Shown: positions 50,243 to 59,800 of the stretch, piece after piece | How positions within the stretch are numbered: position 1 is the first letter of the stretch | Layout: every line of letters begins with the position of its first letter | Origin: Nannocystales bacterium | Lineage (GTDB): Bacteria; Myxococcota_A; Polyangia; Nannocystales; Nannocystaceae | Assembly (NCBI GenBank): GCA_050633305.1 | Contig: JBOEGF010000010.1 | Location: forward strand, 1-64,000 | DNA: 64,000 nucleotides | Reading direction: 5' to 3' | Notes under the pieces: model-generated | Told to the model about the DNA's origin: nothing | Seen by the model: the letters and a program-made list of their open reading frames with translations, nothing else | Database searches by the model: none | Position numbers and translations under genes: made by a program

Positions 50243-51301
50243 CTATTCCCCAGTGGGGGTGCCGGGTTTGGGAACGATGTAGGGCTGGCCGTTGTCAGGG
50301 GCCGCACTGGGAACGGGAGCGACCGGTTTTCGACGATTCGCTTGAAGGATCGCGTCCGGGTCGGCCTGCATGGCGAGCTGTTGTTCGACCCCCGCGAGCA
50401 CGTCGTCCGCGCGGTCCCACCCATGCGAAGCGAGGCTTCCGGGGCAGGCATCCGCAGTCTGCATCTCCCAGGTGCGATCGATCGGCGCCCAGGACTTGTC
50501 CGATGTGGGCTGCGGGAAGCTGTGGTGGAGGCGGTGCTTCGACCACATCGGCCGACCGTGATCGAGGTTGATCAACGTGAACCGCTCGCTCCAGATCCCG
50601 ATGGTATTGCTGGCGTTGACGGGGCCGTGACCGTCGGTCCATGTCCCGCGCACCAGCGCCATGCGTTCGTCCTGGTGCTCGAAGATGCCGACCAACTCGT
50701 TCTGCCAGTCCTGCGTCACGCAGGTTCGGGCGTGGTTCTCCGGACCACCGCCGCCGGTCTTTGGGTCGACACAAGCGGCGCGGTTGCACTTGCCGGCCAC
50801 GCGGTGTCCCGTCCAGCGCTCGCCCAGCCCGGTGAGTCGCCCGGTGAGTTCGGGCCAGCCCAGCGTCATCGCGTCGTCGATGGGGTCCCACGTCTGCGGG
50901 AGGCATCCCGCCGTGGGGGACGTCGGGCCGATCTCCGTGGGTGAGATGGAACCGGTGTGCTGGGCGCCTTTCTCAGCCCGGAATCCTCGGTAGAGGGTCT
51001 GGACCTCGACGAAGGGTCCGTCGTTCTTCGGCTTGGCGGGAATGCCGACCGAGAGGAACGCGACGCTGTCCGGCTCGTGCATGAGGTCCGGCTCGTTCTG
51101 GACCTCGATTCGGATCACGTGTGGGCACCCGGGTGCCGGGGCCTCGTAGGCGAGCGTCGCGACAGCGGTGTCGGCGACCGTGGGCGTGATGCCGAACGGT
51201 TCGAGCGCCTCCACCAACTTGGGAAGCTGTCCATGCGACCCGAGCGTCGTGTCGGAGCACGACGCGAGCATCACGGCGCCGAAGAGAATCGCGCGCTTCA
51301 C
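50243..51301 (-). CDS. Hypothetical lipoprotein
   Basis: VKRAILFGAVMLASC lipobox. Confidence 0.7.
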   Translation of the reverse strand: MKRAILFGAVMLASCSDTTLGSHGQLPKLVEALEPFGITPTVADTAVATLAYEAPAPGCPHVIRIEVQNEPDLMHEPDSVAFLSVGIPAKPKNDGPFVEVQTLYRGFRAEKGAQHTGSISPTEIGPTSPTAGCLPQTWDPIDDAMTLGWPELTGRLTGLGERWTGHRVAGKCNRAACVDPKTGGGGPENHARTCVTQDWQNELVGIFEHQDERMALVRGTWTDGHGPVNASNTIGIWSERFTLINLDHGRPMWSKHRLHHSFPQPTSDKSWAPIDRTWEMQTADACPGSLASHGWDRADDVLAGVEQQLAMQADPDAILQANRRKPVAPVPSAAPDNGQPYIVPKPGTPTGE

Positions 51302-51418
51302 GTGCGAGGGACCATGCCAAATCGCCGGCGGGGAGGGAAGGGCGAGTACCCCGCTGACCGCGCCAAGCGCTCGATTCGGGGGATAGCCCTCCATGCCGCC
51401 CAGCTGGTGTCCTGCGCT

Positions 51419-52432
51419 CTAGAACGCGACGCGCATCTCGAATGCGACCGTCCAAGGACGCGGGCGTGTGAGTCGAGCGGCCCGCTCGTCGACGGTGTTG
51501 AGTTCGTCCGTGAGCTTGGACCAGGCCTCGCAACGTTCGGCTCCCCGGGGTGTCTCCCCACCGACCGTGTAGCAGAGGTTTCCGCCGACCGCGAACGTCT
51601 TGTCGTAGCGCAGGCCGATCGCGACGCGCTCGGTGACGTAGACAGGAACCCCTGCCCCGACGGTGAACCCGAGACCGGACTCCCAATACTTCACCTCACC
51701 GTCGACGTCTTCGACGTCTGCGAGATCGACCACCCTCCGAAAACCAACGCCCGCGGATACGTACGGGTCGAAGCGCCCACGGGATGCGGGGAAGAACTGC
51801 AGCATGGGTCCGACGTGGAAGAAGCGAGTGCTCCCTCTGGCGTCCTCCGTGAAGTAGAGGTCCGTGTCGGTTGAGGCTGGTGTGTCGAATCTGCCGCCGA
51901 CGAGGGAGGCATTTGCCCCCAGCGCGACGTGCCCCCAGCGATAGCCCGCCTCGAACCGACCACCACCCAGCGCCGCCATGTGGCCGCACCACGACCCGCA
52001 ATGTCCGGCGCCCGCGCTCAGGGAGACGAAGCCTCCGGCCCTGCGCGGCTTCGCTGTGTCCGGGGGGGCGATCTCTTCGTCGGAGTAGCGCGGGCGTTCT
52101 TCGAACGGGGGCGGCTCGTGGTCCACGGCCCTCGGAGTGGACCCGGCGACGCGGTCTGGCACACTCGGGGAAGGCTCGGGAACTGGTTCGACGACTGGCT
52201 CGGAAATCGGTCCGGGAACTGGCGCGACTTCAGCATCGACTGCCTCCGCTTGGGTTCCATCTGCAACGTCCGATGGCGGGGACTTCGGGGCTGCGGGGTC
52301 GGAGGCCTTGGACTCCGGAGTCGCCGAGACTCCAACGCCGTCGGGTCTTCCCTCCGGTTGATCCGGCCCGGTTCGTGGTGCGAGAGGCACCGGCTCGACT
52401 GCTAGCAGCACCGCTAGAACGACAACATCCAT
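51419..52432 (-). CDS. Outer-membrane beta-barrel protein with Pro-rich N-terminus
   Basis: FDPYVSAGVGF and GLGFTVGAGVPVYV strands; C-terminal FEMRVAF beta-signal. Confidence 0.75.
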   Translation of the reverse strand: MDVVVLAVLLAVEPVPLAPRTGPDQPEGRPDGVGVSATPESKASDPAAPKSPPSDVADGTQAEAVDAEVAPVPGPISEPVVEPVPEPSPSVPDRVAGSTPRAVDHEPPPFEERPRYSDEEIAPPDTAKPRRAGGFVSLSAGAGHCGSWCGHMAALGGGRFEAGYRWGHVALGANASLVGGRFDTPASTDTDLYFTEDARGSTRFFHVGPMLQFFPASRGRFDPYVSAGVGFRRVVDLADVEDVDGEVKYWESGLGFTVGAGVPVYVTERVAIGLRYDKTFAVGGNLCYTVGGETPRGAERCEAWSKLTDELNTVDERAARLTRPRPWTVAFEMRVAF

Positions 52433-52592
52433 GTTGCAAAGGGGTGTACCAGAAGTCCGTGGTCCGGGAGGGAATAGATGGAACGATGGCCAGGCGAAGC
52501 GAGCTGCGTGAAGGGCTCTGTGCTCGCATGTTTGCTGCGGGACGATTTCTGGCCGTCTCCGTGATCGAAACGCTTCCGGTGGCGTCTACCCC

Positions 52593-52612
52593 TCTCGACG
52601 TGCACGTCGAGA
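52593..52612. repeat. Perfect 20-bp palindrome TCTCGACGTG|CACGTCGAGA overlapping the start codon
   Basis: Read directly; its last A is the A of the ATG at 52612. Confidence 0.85.
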
Positions 52613-54162
52613 TGACAAACAAGCTTCGTCCGTCCGGGACCCTTGGGTTCTTCCTGGGCATCCTCTCTCTCGCGTGTGGTGGCCAGGAGGCTCGGAGCGC
52701 TGTTGAGGATACGGACACCGCGACGGACGGCGACACCGACACCGACACCGACACCGACGGGGCTGACCAGGCTCCCGAACCGGATTTCGCTCTGGTGTAT
52801 TGGCAACGGCGGCCTGGGCCCAACGGCGACGTCGCCGCGGCGACGTTGGTGGAGTCCCTGGACGGAGTGCTCCACGAGCGGGATCTCGGAGCGGATCGTC
52901 TCCCTGACGGTGACCAGTGGCGTCGATACTACGCCTCGCAGAGTCTTGCAGGCCGATGGATGTTCACCCGGGACTTCGATGCTACCGGAGGGGGGAGAAC
53001 GCGACTGCTTGACATTCACGCTCCGCTACACGAGGAGGCCCCCATCCAGCTGGGAGAGTTCGACTCCGGATCTGGGTGGACCTACTTCTTGAACGAGACG
53101 ACGGTCATGGTCACCAACGCGGGCGGCGGTGAAGACGGTGAGGTCAGCTTGCTGGACCTGGAGGGGCCCTTGACTCCTGTGCCAACAGGACGCATCGCCC
53201 GCAATGACATTGTGTTTAGCACCGGAGATGGCGAACACTTTTACTACTATGGCGGAGAGGCCGACGGGTACAATATCATGCGTGACGATCTCGACCCCGC
53301 CACGCCGGCTGTAGCGGTGACAGACATCCCCAGTGGCTATCGGGTATCTTCGTCATGGCGTGACGCCAGCGTGAGTACGTTGCTCGTCGGTGTCGGCCCA
53401 TTGGGGGCTGGAAACTCCATCTCGAGATTGTACGCGTATCCAGGTGGAGAAGGGCCCGCTGTCCTATTGGAGGAAGTGACCGGTGAGGCCGAGTTGGGGG
53501 GCATCTCGCTGTCCGATGATGGGCAGTCGTACGCCGTCACGACCCTCGAAGCGGCTGCAATCGGGACTCCGAATGCAGTCGAAACGCGTGTAGGAAACGT
53601 TCTTTCTGGCGACGGGCATTCTGTCGGTGGAAGCGGGGCTCCTGATGTCATATTCCTTCCAGGAGGCGCAGGCTATGTGCATTGGGTCGACCACGGTGAC
53701 GCCGAAGGAGCGTACATCTCGGATCTGGCGGGAGAGGATCAGGTGACCCTCCACGACGGTGAGATCTCATTTGCGACACTGTGCGGTGATCTCATCTTCA
53801 CACTCGGTGGTACGAATGAGGGACGCCCAATCCGACTGTACAACCATGCCGGAGAACGTGTTCCGGTGGAGGGCGTTGAATCTGTCCTCGAAGGCCCGGC
53901 GGCGTCTATTGGTTGCAGCTCCACCCACGCGTACGTTGGATGGGGCGACGAAGGCTACGTGCTGTTGGGTCTCGATGGGGAATCGGTGACCTACGTCGCA
54001 GACGTTGGATTCGATGTGGAAGGCTGGAGGCTGGCCCCGGGGTATGCGTTCGAATACCATGGCACCGGAGCCTCTTCGGTCCTGACGATGCGGACGAACA
54101 GCAGCCCCGACCCCGTTGTCCTCGCGCAAGGCGAGCTTATGAGCCTCAGCGTAGTCCCCTAG
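52612..54162 (+). CDS. Lipoprotein with (DT)n linker and probable beta-propeller
   Basis: FFLGILSLAC lipobox; (CGACAC)n repeat at 52731-52758; SLSDDGQS-type blade motifs; visibly more AT-rich codons. Confidence 0.75.
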   Translation: MTNKLRPSGTLGFFLGILSLACGGQEARSAVEDTDTATDGDTDTDTDTDGADQAPEPDFALVYWQRRPGPNGDVAAATLVESLDGVLHERDLGADRLPDGDQWRRYYASQSLAGRWMFTRDFDATGGGRTRLLDIHAPLHEEAPIQLGEFDSGSGWTYFLNETTVMVTNAGGGEDGEVSLLDLEGPLTPVPTGRIARNDIVFSTGDGEHFYYYGGEADGYNIMRDDLDPATPAVAVTDIPSGYRVSSSWRDASVSTLLVGVGPLGAGNSISRLYAYPGGEGPAVLLEEVTGEAELGGISLSDDGQSYAVTTLEAAAIGTPNAVETRVGNVLSGDGHSVGGSGAPDVIFLPGGAGYVHWVDHGDAEGAYISDLAGEDQVTLHDGEISFATLCGDLIFTLGGTNEGRPIRLYNHAGERVPVEGVESVLEGPAASIGCSSTHAYVGWGDEGYVLLGLDGESVTYVADVGFDVEGWRLAPGYAFEYHGTGASSVLTMRTNSSPDPVVLAQGELMSLSVVP

Positions 54163-54195
54163 CGAGGGGGGCGTCCCCTAGAGCGGGCGCAACAC

Positions 54196-54849
54196 TCAGT
54201 CGAAGTGCAGCACGGACCGGGAGAACGACCGAACACTCCGAATGGTGTTGGCGTCTGCGCGGTACCCTTGGCCTTCGAGCGCCTGGTTGCCGACGTACTG
54301 GATGTTGTCGGCTCCATAGACGGGGACGCCCACGATGCGGCTGATCGCTTGCATGAGCCGGCCGCCATCCGCGGCGGCGTAGCAATGGATCATGTACAGC
54401 GCTGCGTCCGGCGCGAGTGCGCCCCGCAGGGTCTCCAACGACGACCGATGCTGAGACAGGTTGCGCGCGGAGACGGCGTCCTGTCCGAAGAACAACATGA
54501 CCTCGGGTCGCTCTCCGGGTCCAACGAGTCCGTGGTCTTCGAAGACGACCTTGCTCGCGAGCTGGCCTCGTTCGCGGGTCCGAGTGACCAAGCCACCGCA
54601 CATCTCGCGGAGGTTGCGGGCGCCGAAGAAGAGCGACGGATGGGGGGCTGACTTGGCCCGCGTGCGGAGGCGCGACACCGCGTCGACGGCGAGGTCCGAG
54701 ATCGGTGGGGTCGCCGCTGTGCCAGCTCGATACTGCTGCCAGCCAACGTCGATGGTGCCAGCGGGCAGTCCTACGACGCGCTCAGCTTCTCGTTTTGCCG
54801 GCGCCGTCTTTGGCCCAGCACCCCACACCCAGTACAACGGTCCGCTCAT
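54196..54849 (-). CDS. Hypothetical protein, possibly DUF4347-like
   Basis: FEDHG...ALYMIHCYAAADGGRLMQAISRIVGVPVYGA resembles the DUF4347 H-G/C pattern. Confidence 0.5.
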   Translation of the reverse strand: MSGPLYWVWGAGPKTAPAKREAERVVGLPAGTIDVGWQQYRAGTAATPPISDLAVDAVSRLRTRAKSAPHPSLFFGARNLREMCGGLVTRTRERGQLASKVVFEDHGLVGPGERPEVMLFFGQDAVSARNLSQHRSSLETLRGALAPDAALYMIHCYAAADGGRLMQAISRIVGVPVYGADNIQYVGNQALEGQGYRADANTIRSVRSFSRSVLHFD

Positions 54850-55104
54850 CCGTGATCTCCGACGTCCATGTAGGCCAAGGTATTCTAAGGCCTTACGCAC
54901 CTTCTTCGTGTGGGTTTGTTGCGGGTGTCGTGCAAAGCCGCTCTGACCACGAGGCGCCGTTCGCGCGATCCGGGAGGAGCCGCGCCAGAGGGGACGCAGC
55001 CCGGGCGTGCGCCCGCCGCCCGCAAGTTTTCGACGCGATCGGTGAGGAGGGAGGCTCCTGCGAAAAAGTTGAGATGCTCAAGCGACCTGTGCCTCCTTGG
55101 CAGC

Positions 55105-55680
55105 ATGCGACGCGCTCCCACGTCAACGTTTCGTCGAATCTCCGCGGCCGTCCTCGGCCTTGCGGCCGTCTCGTTCGCTCCGTTGCCCAGTCTTGCCGCC
55201 GACTCTCTGGCGACGCCGATGACAGGACAAAATGCGCGGGAGCTGTGGCCGCTGGATGTGACGGTGGAGATCGTCGATGTGACGCCAACGCGAGACGCGA
55301 AGAAGGGGCGGATGCCTCGGGTGATGCGTCCGCAGTCCGTCACCGTTCGTGACGGGCATCGTCTCAAATACTCCGCTGTGTTGCTGACCCCCAGCGGCCG
55401 ACACCGTCTAGACTTGGCGGTCGTCCCTCACCATCACCCGGATGCGGTGGAGGTGGAGTGGGACCTCGAGGTCGCCGAAGCCCCGTACCAAACCGTCAAC
55501 GTTGGGGACTACTTGCTCCATCGGCTGGGCGTTGGACCCACGTTGAAGCTTGACGATGAAGCTCTGGTCGTTGCGCGGGCGGACATCGAAACGACCTCTG
55601 AAGGCCGGTTGCGGCGTCGAGTTCGGGTGGGTAGCCAGGTTTACGAGATCCGCATTCGGGCCGAGGTTTCGCGCGGTTGA
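55105..55680 (+). CDS. Hypothetical secreted protein
   Basis: Signal peptide AAVLGLAAVSFAPLPSLA; beta-rich body. Confidence 0.55.
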   Translation: MRRAPTSTFRRISAAVLGLAAVSFAPLPSLAADSLATPMTGQNARELWPLDVTVEIVDVTPTRDAKKGRMPRVMRPQSVTVRDGHRLKYSAVLLTPSGRHRLDLAVVPHHHPDAVEVEWDLEVAEAPYQTVNVGDYLLHRLGVGPTLKLDDEALVVARADIETTSEGRLRRRVRVGSQVYEIRIRAEVSRG

Positions 55681-55778
55681 CACCCCCCGTTGCCGTGATA
55701 GAACCGCCTTCAAGTGCCCGCGAGATACCTATAGAGGGTGTTCCGGGCCCACTCCTTCGCCAACGAAAGACACCCACG

Positions 55779-56630
55779 ATGCGATCATTTCTGCCCCGCC
55801 TCGCCTCGTTCTCCCTCGTCGCCGCTGCGTTCGCTTTGAGCGCGCCGCTCGTGGGCTGCAAGAAACCAGAATACCCCGAGTGCAAGAAGGACAAGCACTG
55901 CAAGGCCGACCTCGGTGAGAAGTGCGTCGACGGCAAGTGCCAGAACTGCACCACCGACACCGACTGCGCGGGCAAGGGTCCGGCCGGTGAGGACCTGGTC
56001 TGCTTCGAGTTCCGCTGCACCGATCCCAGCGCCATCCCCACCGGAGACGGCGGCCAAGGCTCGCTCGGCTCGCCATGCACACAGAGCTTCGACTGCTCCG
56101 GCGGCCTCGTCTGCACGGCGGGCGCCTGTTCGAGCTGCGTGGATGATCTCTCGTGCGACGGTGGAACCTGCGATTTGGCCACGGGCACTTGCTCGGGTGG
56201 CGGCGCAGCGGGTGGTCAGTGCACGACGGACGACCAATGTGCGATGGATGAAATCTGCGATGGGGGTATGTGCGTCTTCTCGGGCATCGAGGGCGGCGGC
56301 ACCAACCCATGCGGAATCGACGCAATCTTCTTCGGCTTCGACAGCCCCAAGATTCAGCCCGAGGCACAGGAGCAGCTCGATCAGATCGCAACGTGCCTGG
56401 TCGAGCAGGGCACGCTCGTCTACCTCGAAGCACACGCCGACGCGCGGGGCACCGAGGAGTACAACATCATGCTGACCGACCGTCGCGGTCAGTCGGTGAA
56501 GAGCTACCTGGAGACCAAGGGTGTCAGTGGAGAGAACCTCCAGGTCATCTCCAAGGGCAACCTCGAGGCGATGGGGACCGACGAGTCGTCCTGGTCCAAG
56601 GATCGCCGTGTCGAGTTCATTTTCCCCTAG
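55779..56630 (+). CDS. pal: Pal/OmpA-family lipoprotein with Cys-rich N-terminal repeats
   Basis: PLVGC lipobox; IFFGFDS...LEAHADARGTEEYNIMLTDRRGQSVKSYL...DRRVEF. Confidence 0.85.
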   Translation: MRSFLPRLASFSLVAAAFALSAPLVGCKKPEYPECKKDKHCKADLGEKCVDGKCQNCTTDTDCAGKGPAGEDLVCFEFRCTDPSAIPTGDGGQGSLGSPCTQSFDCSGGLVCTAGACSSCVDDLSCDGGTCDLATGTCSGGGAAGGQCTTDDQCAMDEICDGGMCVFSGIEGGGTNPCGIDAIFFGFDSPKIQPEAQEQLDQIATCLVEQGTLVYLEAHADARGTEEYNIMLTDRRGQSVKSYLETKGVSGENLQVISKGNLEAMGTDESSWSKDRRVEFIFP

Positions 56631-56680
56631 TCGCTAGGCCCATCCGCTCGAGGTTGGGCTGCACGTCGGAAAACATCATC

Positions 56681-57562
56681 ATGAAGACCATGAGCATCTT
56701 CTCTTTGGTCTCGCGACGCACCAGGGCTCTCACGTATGTGGGGGCCCTTGGGCTTTGCGGGGTTCTGTCGTCGGGCTGCATCGCCCTCAAGGCCGATCAA
56801 GACGATCTGGCCAAGGAGGTCGACAAGCTCCGGAAGGAGGTCCTCGCGCAGGACAAGAACACCGAAGAGACGCTGGCCAAGGTGGAGACGCTCACCGAGC
56901 AGCTCGAGACCAAGCTCGCCGAGCTCGACGAGGTGCTTCGCCGCAACCAGGCCGACCTGGGCCTGCGGGTCGACAACCTCGAGACCGACACGCAGGAGCT
57001 TCGCGGCGCCGCCGAAAATGCTGATTTCATGGCGACCGCGGCCAAGCAAGAGTTGACCGAGCTTCGTGGCGACGTCGACATCCGCTTGCTGGCGCTCGAG
57101 GAAAAGCTCAACGAGGCGACGAACATCCCCGAGAGCAAGACCGAGCTGTGGTCCGAAGCCGACAAGCAGTTCAAGGCCAAGAAATTCAAGGTCTCGCGTC
57201 GGCTCTGGCGCACGTATGAGTCGCGCTACCCGACGGACTCCAAGATCGCCGAAGTTCGCTTCAACATCGGCCTCACGTTCTTCAGCGCTCGCGAGTATCG
57301 CCAGGCGCTCGGAGAGTTCTACCGAGTGATTCAAGAGAGCCCGAAGGACGCCGTCATCCCCGACGCGCTGTACTACTCGGGTCTCGCCTTCGCCAAGCTT
57401 GGCCAGTGCCAGAACGCCATCGCCTACTTCGACGCGTTGCGTCAGAAGAAGACCAAGGCCCCGGCGCACTACAAAGACAAAGCGAAGGAGCAGATCGGCA
57501 TCCTCAAGGCCGACAAGGGCGACATCTGCAGCGACGCCAAGAAGCCCGCCGCCGAGAGCTAG
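56681..57562 (+). CDS. cpoB: CpoB/YbgF-like coiled-coil and TPR protein
   Basis: Follows pal; LSSGC lipobox, coiled coil, TPRs (PDALYYSGLAFAKLG). Confidence 0.8.
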   Translation: MKTMSIFSLVSRRTRALTYVGALGLCGVLSSGCIALKADQDDLAKEVDKLRKEVLAQDKNTEETLAKVETLTEQLETKLAELDEVLRRNQADLGLRVDNLETDTQELRGAAENADFMATAAKQELTELRGDVDIRLLALEEKLNEATNIPESKTELWSEADKQFKAKKFKVSRRLWRTYESRYPTDSKIAEVRFNIGLTFFSAREYRQALGEFYRVIQESPKDAVIPDALYYSGLAFAKLGQCQNAIAYFDALRQKKTKAPAHYKDKAKEQIGILKADKGDICSDAKKPAAES

Positions 57563-57649
57563 CTGCCAGTTTGGGCAGTGCCCGTGCCTCGACCTGGCGT
57601 CGGCGGAGTATCCCCACCTCGGCGACGACCGTCCGGACACATCGGTGCG

Positions 57650-58339
57650 TCAGAAGCGAAGGACGGCTCCCGTCGCCCCCAACTGTGCGTCGCGTTGGCG
57701 TCGGGCGAGGACGGCCCAGATGACCCCCGCACCGATCGCGAGGCCGGCACCTACGGCTGTCGTCGCGACCCCCGCGGTGCGAAGACGGCGGTTGCGGGTG
57801 CTCAAGTCACCGTAGTCCCCTTCGTTCCGCGCATCGCCAGGCGTTGGGGTGCTGACGGACGCAGCTCCCAGGAGCCCGGCCCCGGCCGCAAGTGTGCCCA
57901 GCCCGACGCCCATCATGGCTGCGGGCAAGGGTCGTCGTGACCACGGCTTCGCCGACGAGGCGGGCTGCGGCTGCGGAGCTGTCACCGCTTGACTCGGCGT
58001 TGGTTCGGTTGCCGTCGCTGCGGGTGGCACCAGGGGTTCGGGTGTCGTGGCAGGGGTGCACTGTGCACTGAGCCTCCGAGCGTCAGCCGCATCCTCTTCG
58101 GAGGCAGCCACCGCAAACTGTTCAAAGAGGCGATGGGCGTCTTCGCAGTTGCCCGCGATGCGCTCGACTTGAGCTCGGGAGTAGAGGAGTTCCGGTCGCG
58201 GATCAGCGGCATAGGCCTCGTCGAGGATCCGGCGTGCGGCGTCGAAGTCCTCGGCTGCGACGTACTCGGCAGCGGTGCGCATGGCGTCCTCGACGGGAGC
58301 GACGAGCAGAGCGGAAACAATGAGCGGGAGGAGCGACAC
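57650..58339 (-). CDS. Secreted TPR protein with C-terminal hydrophobic segments
   Basis: AYAADPRPELLYSRAQVERIAGNC TPR; ends GAVLRF. Confidence 0.7.
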   Translation of the reverse strand: MSLLPLIVSALLVAPVEDAMRTAAEYVAAEDFDAARRILDEAYAADPRPELLYSRAQVERIAGNCEDAHRLFEQFAVAASEEDAADARRLSAQCTPATTPEPLVPPAATATEPTPSQAVTAPQPQPASSAKPWSRRPLPAAMMGVGLGTLAAGAGLLGAASVSTPTPGDARNEGDYGDLSTRNRRLRTAGVATTAVGAGLAIGAGVIWAVLARRQRDAQLGATGAVLRF

Positions 58340-58342
58340 GGG

Positions 58343-59800
58343 TCAGTGGCGGAGGCTTGGTGGCCGGAGATCGTTGTCGGTAGAGGCGGGCTTGACGGGG
58401 TCGGTCGTCGGCTTTGTCGTGGAGCGTTTCTTGGGCCGTCTTCTTGATGCCCGCTTGCGGGCGGCCTCGGGTGCTGCTGTAGGGTCCTCTGCCCGCACGG
58501 CCGCAGGGTCCGCAGCGGTCGCAGCCGGGGAATCCACGGGCTCGGATGCACTGACGCGTCCTTGCTGCTCGACCGTAGGCGACGCGGCGACGCTCACAGG
58601 CGGTTCGCCTTGCTCGGGGGTGACGGTGGGTGCCGGGGTCAGCTGCGCGACGGGTGGGGCCGGAGTCCACGCCCAGTACGCGGCGATCGAAGCAGCGGCG
58701 GCGGCGACAGCGACGTAGGAGAGAACACGACCAGCACCCGAGGGTGCCGTGTGAGGCGCCGGAGTGGGTACGCTGCCGGGCTCGACCACCTCGGTTTCTT
58801 CCGGAGCTCCGGGCGAGGTGGCCTCGATCTGTAGCTCGGGCAGGGGCACATCGCCGAGGAGGTCCTGCAAGAACCCGCGAAGCGGAGCCGGTCCGATCGT
58901 GAGCCCTTCGTTCGCTGCGAAGTCGTCCAATGCTTCGCGGATGTCCGCTGTCGTTTCGAATCGGTCGTCGCGGTCGACAGCAAGAGCGCGTGCAATGACG
59001 TCTGCAAGCTGCAGCGGGAACTGCGGGTCGAGCTCGCGCGGACCAGTGTAGTCCCCTGAGATGATCGCGTTCATGATCGAGAAGTCGCTGTGTCCGGCGA
59101 ACGCACGCTGTCCGGTTGTCAGCTCGTAGAGCATGATCCCGATGCAGTAGACGTCGCTACGGCGGTCCAGCGGGAGGCCGCGGCACTGCTCCGGAGACAT
59201 ATATCCGGCCTTGCCTTTGATCGTGCCAGTCCGGGTGTGTTGGGTCCCCGAGAGCGCTTTGGCGATGCCGAAGTCGACGAGCTTGACGATGCCGTCGAAC
59301 CGCACGAGCACGTTGCCCGGCGACACATCGCGATGGACGATCGTCACCCTCTTGCCCCCGTCGGCGGGCAGGTCATGGGCGTAGCTCAGCGCATCGCAAG
59401 CCCCCGCAACGATACTCAATGCGCAGTCGAGCGGGATGGACTCGGCTTTCGCGGTCAGGCTCGCGACGTTGCGCCCATGCACGTACTCCATCGCGATGAA
59501 GTACTCACCTCGGTCGAACCCCAGATCGAAGACTTGCCCGATGTTGGGGTGGTCGAGCTGCGCCGATAGGGACGCTTCGTGGCGAAACATCTCCATGAAG
59601 CTGGCGTCGTCCTTGAGGTGCGGCAGGACGAGCTTGAGCGCGACGGTCTTGTGGAAACCTTCCGCGCCGACGGCTTTCGCGAGGTAGAGCTCTGCCATGC
59701 CGCCGCGCGCGACCCTGTGGCTGAGGACGTAGCGACCCAGGCGTGTACCCGGCGAGAGCGTGCGTGCATCCACGGGCGGGGCTTGTCCGCGACTACCCAT
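58343..59800 (-). CDS. Hanks-type Ser/Thr kinase, single TM
   Basis: ARGGMAELY, VALK, HRDVSPGN, DFGIAK, GYMSPEQ, DVYCIG. Confidence 0.95.
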   Translation of the reverse strand: MGSRGQAPPVDARTLSPGTRLGRYVLSHRVARGGMAELYLAKAVGAEGFHKTVALKLVLPHLKDDASFMEMFRHEASLSAQLDHPNIGQVFDLGFDRGEYFIAMEYVHGRNVASLTAKAESIPLDCALSIVAGACDALSYAHDLPADGGKRVTIVHRDVSPGNVLVRFDGIVKLVDFGIAKALSGTQHTRTGTIKGKAGYMSPEQCRGLPLDRRSDVYCIGIMLYELTTGQRAFAGHSDFSIMNAIISGDYTGPRELDPQFPLQLADVIARALAVDRDDRFETTADIREALDDFAANEGLTIGPAPLRGFLQDLLGDVPLPELQIEATSPGAPEETEVVEPGSVPTPAPHTAPSGAGRVLSYVAVAAAAASIAAYWAWTPAPPVAQLTPAPTVTPEQGEPPVSVAASPTVEQQGRVSASEPVDSPAATAADPAAVRAEDPTAAPEAARKRASRRRPKKRSTTKPTTDPVKPASTDNDLRPPSLRH

